IMG/VR virus record: IMGVR_UViG_3300036801_000174
Coordinates: 9,383-73,382 of that record
Source of the DNA: a virus
Strand: one strand, 5' to 3'
Length of the DNA: 64,000 nt
Shown here in pieces: positions 27,147 to 36,852 of the stretch; position 1 is the first letter of the stretch; every line of letters begins with the position of its first letter. The notes beneath the pieces were generated by a model. The model ran no database searches. It was not told the DNA's origin and saw only the letters and a program-made list of their open reading frames with translations. A program made the position numbers and the translations under genes.

Positions 27147-28082
27147 TCACCGCGATCTGCCTCCCCGGGGAGGGCGGTTACGGTAGGTGACTTCGGCTGG
27201 GAGCGGCACATGCGGCCGGTCTGGGCGGTTACGCTCTGCGACATCCTGTGTCCCTGATGTCCTAGATTGTCCTAGCTTTCGGTCCGGGGAGACCCGCCCG
27301 AAGGGCGCTGTGCCGGCCCTCCCGGCTTGCTGGCGCTCCGGCTGTGACCCTGCGTCACTTCGGCGCAGGCGCCCGCGCACCTTGGCAGTCACCCGCTGTA
27401 GCCGTCCCCGGTGCTGCGCCCACGCCTCGTCCTTGGACCCGGTGTAGCCGCCATGCTTGACGGCCAGCCCGAACACCCAGTCGGTGCTCTTAAAGCCGAA
27501 GTGATCCCTGACCTTGCTCAGGTTCTCGCCGTCGCGGAGCATCTGCCCGGCGTCGCGGCCGACCTGCTCAACGCACGGGACGCACCGCTTGCCGGGGTTG
27601 CGCGTCTTGCCGCGGCAGCGCTCGTGGTTGATGCAGTCGTGCTGCGGCGGGGGCACCGGGAGCGGCCTGCCGCCGTTGTTGCGCACCTTGTCCTGGTGCT
27701 GCTTCGGGCCGTCCCCGGTGAACAGGTTGCCGCCCCGGGCGCGGGACTCCTCCTCCGTCGTACCGGGACGCCAGGAATTGTGGGTTCCCACATCGTCCCA
27801 GTGCCGCGACTGCAGGCCTTCTGGGATCGGGCCGCCTTTGAATGCGAAGTTCTCCAGCACCACGCGGTGCGCCTGGCGGGTCACCCGCTTGCCGTCCTTG
27901 TCCAGGTACTTCACCAGGACGTAACCGTCATCAGTGGTGGTGGTGGCGATCGGCTGGGCCTTGAGGTTGCGGCCCGAGGGGGACTTGCGGGCGTCGGCGT
28001 AGAAGTTGCCGTCCCAGCTGACCCGGAACCCGGGCCACGCGTCCCAGATCGGTTTCCACTGCTCGGGTTCGTGGTCGGTCAT
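27147..28082 (-). CDS. NUMOD4/HNH-like endonuclease with extended C-terminus
   Basis: EQWKPI..GFRVS.DG; HRVVLENF..H.DD...N; ends GGRSR. Confidence 0.65.
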   Translation of the reverse strand: MTDHEPEQWKPIWDAWPGFRVSWDGNFYADARKSPSGRNLKAQPIATTTTDDGYVLVKYLDKDGKRVTRQAHRVVLENFAFKGGPIPEGLQSRHWDDVGTHNSWRPGTTEEESRARGGNLFTGDGPKQHQDKVRNNGGRPLPVPPPQHDCINHERCRGKTRNPGKRCVPCVEQVGRDAGQMLRDGENLSKVRDHFGFKSTDWVFGLAVKHGGYTGSKDEAWAQHRGRLQRVTAKVRGRLRRSDAGSQPERQQAGRAGTAPFGRVSPDRKLGQSRTSGTQDVAERNRPDRPHVPLPAEVTYRNRPPRGGRSR

Positions 28083-28909
28083 CGTGACCTCCCGGTGTGC
28101 GAGTGGTGCCTGCCGCCGCTCTTCGGCCTGTCGTCGTGTCCCTGCAAGGCCATTACGAACAGGTCACGGATTGTGGCGGCGCGCTCCGTGCGGGCATCAA
28201 GGGCCGAGCGGAGGCGCTCAAGCGACCGGGGGTCGTTGTAATCGGCGAGCTTCCAGAACTGCCACCAGCGCGGGTTCCGCGCCAGCGCCCGGCGCACTTT
28301 GGCAGCTTCGGCCTTCGCCTGCTCGTGGGTAGCGTTCCAGTAGTAGGCGCACATCTGGCCCGTATCAGCCCACGGGGAGTGCTCCTCCGCGGTTGCCCCG
28401 AGGAACACCAGGCGCCCGATGAGGCCTGCGGCCTTCTCCTCATCGAACGGGCCGCTGGCGACGGCCAGGCCCTTCAGTTCGGCGTCCAGGGCGACCGGAT
28501 CGCCGACTTCCGCCCGGGGCATGAGGCTGAAGGGGAGACCCTTCTGCACGGCGCGCCTGGAGGCACCACGCCACAGGCCGAGGAAGAACATGAGGCTGTC
28601 GTCAAGGCGGAACAGTTCAGCGCGGCCGTCTCCGGTGATCTGGCTGTCCGCGAAGCGCTTGTGGAAGGCGTCCTCCACGTCCTCGCCGCCTGGCACCAGC
28701 ATGAGCACGTCCTCAAATGAGAGGTAGAAGCCCCGCAGCCGCGCCTTCAGGCTGGTGGACGTGCCGATCTTGACGTTGTCACCCATGCGCACGAAGTAGA
28801 CGACCGGCAGGTGATTCTCGCCTGCGAGGATGCGGGCCAGTTCAACACCACCCGCATAGCTGCGCTTGTCCATTCCCTGCTCCCCCTCAGGTCGGTTACG
28901 GCTTGTCAT
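28079..28909 (-). CDS. GIY-YIG (T5orf172-like) nuclease-domain protein
   Basis: VVYFVRMGDNVKIGTS..L..R...E..FH.RF..ELF; ends TGRSR. Confidence 0.7.
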   Translation of the reverse strand: MTSRNRPEGEQGMDKRSYAGGVELARILAGENHLPVVYFVRMGDNVKIGTSTSLKARLRGFYLSFEDVLMLVPGGEDVEDAFHKRFADSQITGDGRAELFRLDDSLMFFLGLWRGASRRAVQKGLPFSLMPRAEVGDPVALDAELKGLAVASGPFDEEKAAGLIGRLVFLGATAEEHSPWADTGQMCAYYWNATHEQAKAEAAKVRRALARNPRWWQFWKLADYNDPRSLERLRSALDARTERAATIRDLFVMALQGHDDRPKSGGRHHSHTGRSR

Positions 28910-30780
28910 CGCGCTGCGCTCCCTATCAGGCGGCGCTCCTCTTCCCAGTCGGCGATCTCAACCGGGTCGTAGGCGGGTGCGGATCCCTTCTTGCGGACCG
29001 GTTCCGGGACGGGCTTCCCGGCCGCCCGGTCGCGCTGCATCTGCTTCTTGACCGCGTCGGGAGTCGGCCCGGTGATCTCGCGGTCGACCAGCTCGGCGAT
29101 CGTCAGGGGCTCCGGCGGAGGGGGCAAAGCGGGCATATGTCCACGACTTGCCGGGACATCCGGGCCAGATTCCCCGGTGTCCGCGACTTGACCGCTGTCC
29201 GGGACAAGGCGCAGGGCGAGCTTGCGGGCCGTGCCGGAGGCTTCCTGGGCAGCGCGCTCAGGAGTGCCTAGCGGTGCGAGGGTGCCTTCGATGCCGAGAC
29301 ACGGCATGTCGCCGGCTGCGCTGGCGATGACGCCTGCCGTGGCCCAGGCGCGGGCCTCGGCGCCGGTCATGAAGGCAGCCTGGATCTCGGTGCTGGTCTT
29401 CGCGGTGACCACATGGAGGCGCCCCTTGACATCCGACCCGGCCGGCAGCGGGTGACGGTCGCCGACGAGCATCTTCCAGGTGGACGCGGCCGGGTTGGAG
29501 ATGAGCTTGAGGCCCAGGTTCTCGCGGCTGTCCGCCGAGCCGCCGCCGGTTGCCTTCGCTGACAGCCGCTGGCCGATGTAGACCAGGTTGACCGCGACGG
29601 CGCGGCCGGTGAACGCAACCCGGTCCAGCGCGATCACGGCCGGTGACATGCCCTTGCCGCCGATGGACCGCCAGTAGGACTTGAGTTCCGCCGCGGTCGC
29701 GTTCAGTTCTTCCAGGAGGGCGACGATCCTCGGGCCGGGGTTGGCGTGGACCTTGCCCTCAACGTCGGCGTGCAAGACGGCCAGGGCGTTGCGGCGGTCC
29801 ACTTCGGCGGCCAGCCAGAGTGCCAGCTGGTGCACATCCTCGATCGTGCGGGCGTAGGCGACGTTGGGCAGGCCCGCCGCCCACTGGTGGCTCACGAGTT
29901 TGCGGTCCAGGACAACGGTGAGGGCGCCGTGATAGGCAAGCTGGGCGGCAGCGAGGCGGGCCGTGACACTTTTGCCATCCCCTGTGGGCATCGACAGGCC
30001 CAGGTGCGGGGAGTCGCTGTCGACGCTGACGATGAACGGGTCACTGGCGCCCTTGCGGGTCAGGCCCAGCACCATCTCGTGCTCGGCCGCTGCCTCCGCA
30101 GCGGCCAGGATCTCGGCCCAGGCGACGAAGCCGGGCATCGGCTCCGCCTTGGTGAACACGGCAACCGGACGGCGCCGCAGCGGCGACTGCGACCAGGCAA
30201 TGCCGGGCGGCCCGGCGATCGCGATCCGCGGCACGGCGGCGAGGACAGCCTGGCTGACCTTCTCCTTGGCCTGGACGTCGAAGTCAGGCCCGAACTCAAG
30301 CCACACCTTGCTGTGGTCGCGTGCGACCTGGGCGTCGCGGGCAGGGATCCCGGCAGTGGCGAGGGACTGTTCCAGCGGCTGAACGTTGTCTTTGACGTGG
30401 GTCCAGTTCCGCACGGTCCAGGTGAAGTGCCATATCCCGGCGAGGATCGCCACGGCGGCGATGACAGCAAAGACGCGGAGGGTGGCAGTGCGGTGCGCTG
30501 CGAGACCCCATGCGGTCGCGAGGATGGCGATGGTGGCCAGATGGCGGGCCAGGGCACGCCGGGATGCGTCGGGGTGCTTCTTGCCGGTGCCCCGGCGGGC
30601 CGCGTCCCTGCCTGCGGGAGTGCGGGGCTGACCGTCAAGCGGGATACCGGCAATCCACCGTCCCGCCGCTGTCAGCTTGCCGTGCTTGCGGCTGTGCTCC
30701 GCAATCCGTGACACGACCGCAAGAACCACCACAACGCAGACGATGATGACCGCGAGCGTGACAATGCTGCTAGTGCTCAT
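28906..30780 (-). CDS. FtsK/SpoIIIE-like conjugative DNA translocase (TraB; pRL2-11-like)
   Basis: N-terminal TMs; SPHLGLSMPTGDGKS Walker A; VLDRK; LLEE; GRAVAVNLVYIGQR. Confidence 0.75.
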   Translation of the reverse strand: MSTSSIVTLAVIIVCVVVVLAVVSRIAEHSRKHGKLTAAGRWIAGIPLDGQPRTPAGRDAARRGTGKKHPDASRRALARHLATIAILATAWGLAAHRTATLRVFAVIAAVAILAGIWHFTWTVRNWTHVKDNVQPLEQSLATAGIPARDAQVARDHSKVWLEFGPDFDVQAKEKVSQAVLAAVPRIAIAGPPGIAWSQSPLRRRPVAVFTKAEPMPGFVAWAEILAAAEAAAEHEMVLGLTRKGASDPFIVSVDSDSPHLGLSMPTGDGKSVTARLAAAQLAYHGALTVVLDRKLVSHQWAAGLPNVAYARTIEDVHQLALWLAAEVDRRNALAVLHADVEGKVHANPGPRIVALLEELNATAAELKSYWRSIGGKGMSPAVIALDRVAFTGRAVAVNLVYIGQRLSAKATGGGSADSRENLGLKLISNPAASTWKMLVGDRHPLPAGSDVKGRLHVVTAKTSTEIQAAFMTGAEARAWATAGVIASAAGDMPCLGIEGTLAPLGTPERAAQEASGTARKLALRLVPDSGQVADTGESGPDVPASRGHMPALPPPPEPLTIAELVDREITGPTPDAVKKQMQRDRAAGKPVPEPVRKKGSAPAYDPVEIADWEEERRLIGSAAR

Positions 30781-30949
30781 CCGTCCCTCCCGCGATGGCC
30801 TTGACGTGATGGAAGACCCATACGGCGCCCTGCTTCACGAGCCAGCCAGCCATGCACGCCGCAGCCAGGGCGGTGAGCATGACCGCGCGGGCCTTGTGGC
30901 GGCGCCACAGGCCGTCTGCCCGGCTCAGGTACTGGCTGGCTCGCTGCAT
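30770..30949 (-). CDS. Small membrane protein
   Basis: AAGGAG RBS; one TM. Confidence 0.55.
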   Translation of the reverse strand: MQRASQYLSRADGLWRRHKARAVMLTALAAACMAGWLVKQGAVWVFHHVKAIAGGTDEH

Positions 30950-30971
30950 GGGTAACTGGCTCCTTGCCGGT

Positions 30972-31625
30972 TCAGCGGCTACGGGCACGGGTGGGCTGGC
31001 GGATGGTCTCGTGAGGCAGCGGGTGCGCGGTCCTGGCAGGTGCCGGTGCGCTGCGCTCCTCCGGGGCGTGGCCGTTGGTGGCGGCCTTGCCGGGCTCGCT
31101 GCGGGTGACGTCCTTCTGGGCGCCATCGGGGCGCGGGTCGCGGCCACGGGGCATCGGGTGGTCCTCCTGGCCAGGCCGGGTCCGTGCGCTGAGACGCTGG
31201 CGCAGCGACGGACGCCCGGTGCGCTCCTTACGGGGCTTCTGGCCCTTCTCCCGGCGCTCCGCCCGCTGGTCCCGGTCCCGCTGCCTGAGGTCGGCTTTGG
31301 CCAGCGGGCGGTCAGTGAGCGGGGTGTAGCCGCGCCAGGGAGTGGCCGGGCCGGGTGCCTGGCGCTTCGGCGCCTTCGCTGGCTCAGCGCGGACGCCGAG
31401 GGTCTTGTGCATCCGCTTCGGCGTGACCTTGCGCACCGCAGCCTTAGCCACCGCCGCGCTCCGGACCCTGGCACCGCGCTGGCGGTGCAGGATCTTCTGG
31501 ATCTCGCGGTGGGCCGCTACCCGCACTGAGTGGAACGGAGAGCGCAGCGCCTTGATCGCCTTCTGCAGCTTCAGCTTGTCGCGGACGCTGAGGGGGCGGT
31601 AACTGGATCCTTTTCCTGTAGCCAC
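30972..31625 (-). CDS. Highly basic hypothetical protein
   Basis: AAGGAG RBS; Arg/Lys-rich; ends TRARSR. Confidence 0.6.
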   Translation of the reverse strand: MATGKGSSYRPLSVRDKLKLQKAIKALRSPFHSVRVAAHREIQKILHRQRGARVRSAAVAKAAVRKVTPKRMHKTLGVRAEPAKAPKRQAPGPATPWRGYTPLTDRPLAKADLRQRDRDQRAERREKGQKPRKERTGRPSLRQRLSARTRPGQEDHPMPRGRDPRPDGAQKDVTRSEPGKAATNGHAPEERSAPAPARTAHPLPHETIRQPTRARSR

Positions 31626-33400
31626 TGCGGGCTCCTTGCTTCAGACGGGATCTTGCTGCCATCGGAGACGGCAGGCGGGACGGGTACGGCGGGCATCGGG
31701 ATGGCCTGGCGGTGCGGGGCCTCGATCGCGGGCTGCGGCTGCGGTGCGCAGGCCGGGAAATTCTCGGGGCCGAGAGGGGCGGCGCAGTAACCGCGGCGCT
31801 CCCACACGGGCGTGACGCGGGCGAACACCGGGCGGGTAGACCGGTGCAGCACCAGGGCCTCGAACTTGGCCAGCATGCGGATGCGCTCCGGCGGCACGGC
31901 GCGCTCCTGGCGTGGCTGCCTGGTTTTCCCGCCGCCGGGGTTCTTGACGTGATCCCAGGTGTCGCGTGGCCCGCACACCGCAGAGATGGCCTCAAGATCC
32001 TGGTGGTTCGTCTCCCCGCCGAAAATGACCTTCACTGTGGCGTTGGTGAAAATCGTCTGGCCGTCCTGGTCGCCCCAGCGTGACCGCAACTGCGAGAGTG
32101 CCTGGATAGACGCCATAACGGTGACGCCATGGCCGCCGGACTCACTCATCCACTTGTGCAGCGGCACCGGGCAGGTGATCGGCGCCTCGTCCAGGGCCAG
32201 GGTCAGCGGGCGGGGCAGGCGCGTGCGGGGGCTGGAGGACGCGACCCTCTTCGCGGTCTCAAACAGGTGCGCGGTGAACGTGGCGAAGTAGGGGGCCAGG
32301 GAACCGTGCGGCTTGTCGGCGCCGATCAGGTAGATCGTGCCGGTGCCATCGCGCACGAAGCGCTCAGCATCGAACTCCGTCCCCGGCGCGGGGCATGCAG
32401 CGGCGGCCATGGCCGGGTCGGACAGCCACGCCAGGGCGGTCATCACGCCCGTGGACGTGTAGCCGCCGTAGTTCTCGTCAGTGTTCATGCGCTCGGCCAT
32501 CGCGGCGATCTCGTCGCCCCACCCGGGCGCCGCGTTAGCGTGCGTGGCCAGCACCCTGAGGGGGGTGGGGTCGGCGAGAACGGCAGCGGCCCAGCGGCGC
32601 ACTTCCCAGATCGTCGCGCCGGGGATCAGGGCGGCCGCATGAAGCAGATACTGCAGGAAAGTCTTGGACTGGTGATCCCACCATGCGTCCTTGCCGGAGG
32701 AGTCCTTCGGCGCGGCGTTGATCAGGTATCCGGCGCGCTGCATCGCCACCGCCGGGTTCTCGCAGCCGCGTACAGGCGACCACGACAGGGTTGAGGGGAT
32801 GCCGCCATCGCCGTCAGGGTTCAGCACCCAGATGGGCCCGTGGGCGCTGCGCGGGACGGCGGTATTGGCGTACAGGTCGGTGCGCGTCGAGGTGGCCAGT
32901 ACCGCCCCGGGGGCATCAGAAATCCAGCAGCCCAGCAGCCCGGACTTCCCGGTCCGGGGCGGCGCTATGAGGATGTAGGTGTCTTCGGCGCTGCCAGCGA
33001 GCGTTCGGCCTTTCGCGTCGCCGATGACGACGTGTGATGTGTGGATGCCCGCGGTGCGGCGGCTGGCGGCGCGGGGTGACAAGTTGCCGCTGATCTCGCT
33101 GCGCGACGCTGTGCCCTGGTACTTGCGGCGCCTGCGCTCGGCCACCTTCCCGCCGGCGCGGCGCAAGCGCACAGCGTCGGTCACACCACGGACCCGCAGT
33201 ACCGTGACCCCGCCAAGCGCTACCCAGCCGTAGGGGATGCCCGGGGCCATGTGGGCCGCCTCGGCGATGATCCCGGCGGTCAGGATGACGGCCGGTGGTG
33301 CGGTGCCCCTGATGGCCGAGCGCTTGGCCCTGCTGGCGCGGTCACGGACGGACCGCGGCAGGACGCTGCGCTTGGCCTTCGGGGCGGCGTTGGTCTTCAC
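31571..33400 (-). CDS. VirD4/TraG-like type IV coupling protein
   Basis: APPRTGKS Walker A, VLATSTRTD, WSPVRGC, LALDEA Walker B, IQALSQLRSRWG, NATVKVIFGG. Confidence 0.85.
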   Translation of the reverse strand: MKTNAAPKAKRSVLPRSVRDRASRAKRSAIRGTAPPAVILTAGIIAEAAHMAPGIPYGWVALGGVTVLRVRGVTDAVRLRRAGGKVAERRRRKYQGTASRSEISGNLSPRAASRRTAGIHTSHVVIGDAKGRTLAGSAEDTYILIAPPRTGKSGLLGCWISDAPGAVLATSTRTDLYANTAVPRSAHGPIWVLNPDGDGGIPSTLSWSPVRGCENPAVAMQRAGYLINAAPKDSSGKDAWWDHQSKTFLQYLLHAAALIPGATIWEVRRWAAAVLADPTPLRVLATHANAAPGWGDEIAAMAERMNTDENYGGYTSTGVMTALAWLSDPAMAAAACPAPGTEFDAERFVRDGTGTIYLIGADKPHGSLAPYFATFTAHLFETAKRVASSSPRTRLPRPLTLALDEAPITCPVPLHKWMSESGGHGVTVMASIQALSQLRSRWGDQDGQTIFTNATVKVIFGGETNHQDLEAISAVCGPRDTWDHVKNPGGGKTRQPRQERAVPPERIRMLAKFEALVLHRSTRPVFARVTPVWERRGYCAAPLGPENFPACAPQPQPAIEAPHRQAIPMPAVPVPPAVSDGSKIPSEARSPQWLQEKDPVTAPSASATS

Positions 33401-33657
33401 CGTGACCGCCCCTTGCTGCGGGGCGCCCGCCGATCGCGCACCCGGTCAGGCTGGCGGTCTTCATCTGTCTGCTCACGCCAGGCGAGGTAGGAGTCACGAT
33501 GGAGTTCCAGGTCGCTGAGATCACGCACGCCGTGTACTTCCTTCAGGTAACTGGCACGCTGCTCCTCGCTGTAGCCGGCCTTGCGCAGGCGCATCATGGC
33601 CCGGTCTGGTGATCCGTGACGCCATTCGTCCCTGGCTGCACGCTCGGTGTCGTTCAC
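33397..33657 (-). CDS. Hypothetical protein
   Basis: Coupled to T4CP start; ends SKGRSR. Confidence 0.6.
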   Translation of the reverse strand: MNDTERAARDEWRHGSPDRAMMRLRKAGYSEEQRASYLKEVHGVRDLSDLELHRDSYLAWREQTDEDRQPDRVRDRRAPRSKGRSR

Positions 33658-33665
33658 TGGACGCC

Positions 33666-34256
33666 TCACCGGGTCCTCCCCCGCTGGACTGGCTCCCGGT
33701 CTTCCCACGGGTTGACGCGGGACTGCCTCAGGGCCTCTGCGGCACGGTCAGCCCTGCCGGGGCCCAGCACCTTGTCTGCGCGCTCGCGGGCGTCCACGGG
33801 CTGGCGCTGTGCGAGCGGGCAGTGCTCGTTGTGCTGCCTGGTGAGCCGCTCATTACGCTCCTGCGCCGACTCGCGCGGCTGTGCGGGAAGGGCCCGGTAG
33901 GCGTCGGGACCGTGCTCCCATGCGCCGGTGCCGGGAGTGAACGCACCCGACTTCCGCATCCGGGCGAACTGCTCGTCGCGGCGCCGGTAGATCTCGGCGT
34001 CATCGCGGCGGGGCCTGCCTGTGGCCGGGTTGATGCGGTCCCGGTAACCCGGCAGCGAGGAGCGGAGGCCGCGGGTGGCGCGCTCGGCCCAGAAGCCCTT
34101 GCCAGTCTCGGCGAACCGGCGGCGGCGCCAGTTGCCCACCTGGCCGGAGACGGTTCGCAGCGGACGCGTGGCCCGGTAGAGACCGTTCTGCAGGGGCACT
34201 GTGGCCTTGCGCGCGTACCAGGGAGCGTCGTGAGCGTAGTCAGACAGGCGGCTCAT
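33666..34256 (-). CDS. Arg-rich hypothetical protein
   Basis: ATGA coupling; ends QRGRTR. Confidence 0.6.
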   Translation of the reverse strand: MSRLSDYAHDAPWYARKATVPLQNGLYRATRPLRTVSGQVGNWRRRRFAETGKGFWAERATRGLRSSLPGYRDRINPATGRPRRDDAEIYRRRDEQFARMRKSGAFTPGTGAWEHGPDAYRALPAQPRESAQERNERLTRQHNEHCPLAQRQPVDARERADKVLGPGRADRAAEALRQSRVNPWEDREPVQRGRTR

Positions 34257-34474
34257 CGTGACCTCCCTCGCCGCTGCGCTCGCTCAATGGCGGCGTGCGC
34301 TTCGTTGGTCACGGAGTTACGGCGCACGGCGGAGCGGTCTCGGCCCACGTTGCGGGAGAAGTTCTCCATGAACTCGTGGAAGGCGACCCTGCTGCCGCGC
34401 GCCGGGTCATGCGGGATGTTCCAGATCTCGGCGAAGCGGTCGTACAGCCGCTCGACTTCGCCAGGCTTCCTCAT
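34253..34474 (-). CDS. Hypothetical protein
   Basis: ATGA coupling; ends RRGRSR. Confidence 0.6.
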   Translation of the reverse strand: MRKPGEVERLYDRFAEIWNIPHDPARGSRVAFHEFMENFSRNVGRDRSAVRRNSVTNEAHAAIERAQRRGRSR

Positions 34475-34923
34475 GGCAATTCCTTCCGTGGCACCGGCAC
34501 CGCGTCCGTGATGACGTAGGGCACCTGGATGGGTGGCTTGGTCTCGATGACCTGGACGGCGGGGGTGTTCATCGCGGCGAGGATGTGCCGCACGCTCGCC
34601 AGTTCGGCCTGCGTCAGCCCGGCCACTGCGGCACGCGCAGCAACGGGCGCGGCCAGCCGCGCGGGGCGGACGCCGCGGCGGAACACCAGCACCGTGCAGA
34701 AGCGGTGCAGGATCCAGACCTCAGCGACGACGACACCGCAGGCCAGCGCCAGGCCGATACCCAGCACGATGGCGTATGCCACCACCCACTGGGCAACGAA
34801 GTAGAGGACGAAGGCGGCAGCCGCCACGGGTGCGACCACCATCACGAACTCGGCCAGCACCTCCAGCGGGCCGCCGGTCTGGACGGTGACCCTGGCCGGG
34901 CGGGTGTACTCGTGGGTAGGCAT
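34471..34923 (-). CDS. Two-TM membrane protein
   Basis: Long hydrophobic segments. Confidence 0.65.
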   Translation of the reverse strand: MPTHEYTRPARVTVQTGGPLEVLAEFVMVVAPVAAAAFVLYFVAQWVVAYAIVLGIGLALACGVVVAEVWILHRFCTVLVFRRGVRPARLAAPVAARAAVAGLTQAELASVRHILAAMNTPAVQVIETKPPIQVPYVITDAVPVPRKELP

Positions 34924-35295
34924 CTAGGCCACCTCTTCCGTTCCGCAGCACTTGCCGCGCCGGGCGGCCTCGCACTCGGTGCACTCCAGGCGCCCGTCGC
35001 TGCGGACCCTGGTGTTCGCCGCGGAGCGCCAGTGCCCGTTGTCGCACAGCGGGGAGGGCGGCAGGGAGCCGTGACCGGAGCCCTCGAAGTCCACGCCCGC
35101 CCAGATCCCCCATCGCTGGTCTGTCGCCAGGGCGTACTCCAGGCACGGCGGCCGTGACGGGCACGCCTGGCAGACCTGCTTGGCTGCGTCGATGCCTGCC
35201 GGGTCCTCAGGGAACTGCCGGTCAGGGTCGGCGCCACACGGGAGGCCGGGGGCGTCCCGGACGGCGCGCAGGAAGACGGCAGCCGGGCTGGTCAT
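34924..35295 (-). CDS. WhiB-family regulator with C-terminal Zn finger
   Basis: C..DPD..FP..AKQVCQACP...CLEYAL..GIWAG; CDNGH...CTEC. Confidence 0.85.
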   Translation of the reverse strand: MTSPAAVFLRAVRDAPGLPCGADPDRQFPEDPAGIDAAKQVCQACPSRPPCLEYALATDQRWGIWAGVDFEGSGHGSLPPSPLCDNGHWRSAANTRVRSDGRLECTECEAARRGKCCGTEEVA

Positions 35296-35382
35296 GACGA
35301 CTCCTCGCCGCGGACGTAGCGTCCGCCCTGGACCTGCCACCCGAAGGAGGCCAGCAGCGGATTGGGATGCGGTGTGCCGTCC

Positions 35383-35560
35383 TTGGCATCCTCCCGGCCC
35401 TGAAGGGGCCAGGATTCCCGGGCGCTCATGCCGCGCTCCGGGCGGTTCCCGCCGCCGCGAACTGCGCGGGCTTCTGCGGGCATAGAGCCGGGTGCCCCCC
35501 GGCGTGCGCAGGGATTTCGCCGCCAGTGGCGATGAGTCCCCGGGCAAGTACATTGCGCGC
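35383..35560 (-). ncRNA. Putative omegaRNA scaffold / IS right end
   Basis: GGAATCCTGGCCCCTTCAGGGCCGGGAGGATGCCAA resembles IS605-type right-end hairpins; 5' boundary approximate. Confidence 0.55.
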
Positions 35561-36673
35561 GGCATTTACATCGGCGTGGTCTTCGTGGCCGCACTCCTGG
35601 CACCGGAAGACCGCTTGGCTCTCGCGGTTCAGGGCGTTGGTGTGGCCGCAGATGTGGCACTGCTGCGAGGTGAATCTAGGGTTGACGAACAGGACCGTGA
35701 CATCGGACGCCGCAGCCTTTTGCTCTAGCCGAGTGGCGAGGGTGCCCCAGCAGGAAGTCAGAATGCCCCGGCTCAGGCTGGCCTTGGCCCGGGCTCCGTT
35801 GCGAAGGAATGCGCTTGGCTGGCCAGGATCAGGCTTCGGCGCGGGCCTTCGGGTCATGCCCGCGATGTTCAGCTTCTCCAGCACGATCAGGTCGTTCTCA
35901 CGGACCATGCGCGTGCTGACCTTCTCCGCCCAGTCCTTGCGCCGGTCGACAGTGCCCGCAGTGATGCGTGCCATGGCCAGCACGGTGCGCTTCCGTTTCG
36001 CTGAGCCCTTCTGCTGCCGGGCCCGCTTGCGAGCGAGGGTGCAATAGCGTGCGGCGTCCCGGTCACCGATCCTCGGGGCCCGGTAGTGCTGGCCGCCCGA
36101 GGTCACCAGTGCAGTACGAACGCTGCGGTCAATACCGATGCGGCTGCCCGAGGGCTCACGGACAACGGCAGGCTGCAACGCAGCGAATGACACGTGCCAC
36201 CGCCCGGCCCGGTCCAGGGTGACCCGGTAAGACTTGGCCTCGGGGACCGAACGGGACCAGCGGAAACGTACCCAGCCAAGCTTGGGAATCTGAACTGCGC
36301 CCCAGTGCCGCGACTGGCGCTTGACGCGGTAGCCGCGCCCTAGGTCATGAACCCGGAATCCCTCATTGCGCCCGGCCTTGCGCCAGGTCGGGTGCCCATG
36401 CGTGCGACCGAAGAAGTTCTGCATCGCCTGAGCGAAATCCCTGAGCGCTTGGCCCTGGACTTCAGAACTGCCAGCGCGCAGCCAGTCGAATTCGCTACGG
36501 GCCTCGGTAAGTTGCCGCGACTGCTCTGCGTAGCCGGGTGCGTTCTTGCGCCCGGGCCGCCACCAGGACTGCTGCTCGACCGCCAGGTTCCAGACGAACC
36601 GGGCGTGGGCGCAGTGCTCGCGCAGGATCAACTCCTGGGCAGGCGTCGGGTAGAGCCGGTATCGGGTGCTCAT
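35426..36673 (-). CDS. tnpB: TnpB RNA-guided endonuclease (IS200/IS605 family)
   Basis: YRLYPT N-terminus, RuvC D (GIDR), E (VLEKL), D (HADVNAARN), CHIC/CQEC finger. Confidence 0.92.
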   Translation of the reverse strand: MSTRYRLYPTPAQELILREHCAHARFVWNLAVEQQSWWRPGRKNAPGYAEQSRQLTEARSEFDWLRAGSSEVQGQALRDFAQAMQNFFGRTHGHPTWRKAGRNEGFRVHDLGRGYRVKRQSRHWGAVQIPKLGWVRFRWSRSVPEAKSYRVTLDRAGRWHVSFAALQPAVVREPSGSRIGIDRSVRTALVTSGGQHYRAPRIGDRDAARYCTLARKRARQQKGSAKRKRTVLAMARITAGTVDRRKDWAEKVSTRMVRENDLIVLEKLNIAGMTRRPAPKPDPGQPSAFLRNGARAKASLSRGILTSCWGTLATRLEQKAAASDVTVLFVNPRFTSQQCHICGHTNALNRESQAVFRCQECGHEDHADVNAARNVLARGLIATGGEIPAHAGGHPALCPQKPAQFAAAGTARSAA

Positions 36674-36852
36674 GACCAGTCCCCGAACAGGCGGTCAAGG
36701 GCGCTGAACACGCCCTCGGCGCTTTCCTCATGCAGGACGCAAGCCTGCTGGCCTTCCGGCACAGGCTCGCCGCAGACCCGGCCGTGACCCATGGAGACCT
36801 GGCAGGTACGGGGACGGGGGTTAAGGAGGTCATCGATGGTGACGGTGCTCAT
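36670..36852 (-). CDS. Small Cys/His protein
   Basis: ATGA-coupled on both sides. Confidence 0.55.
   Translation of the reverse strand: MSTVTIDDLLNPRPRTCQVSMGHGRVCGEPVPEGQQACVLHEESAEGVFSALDRLFGDWS

Noticed and set aside
28906-33400. Complete type IV secretion system or relaxase-based ICE
   Set aside because: No VirB4, VirB6, relaxase or oriT recognised in the window
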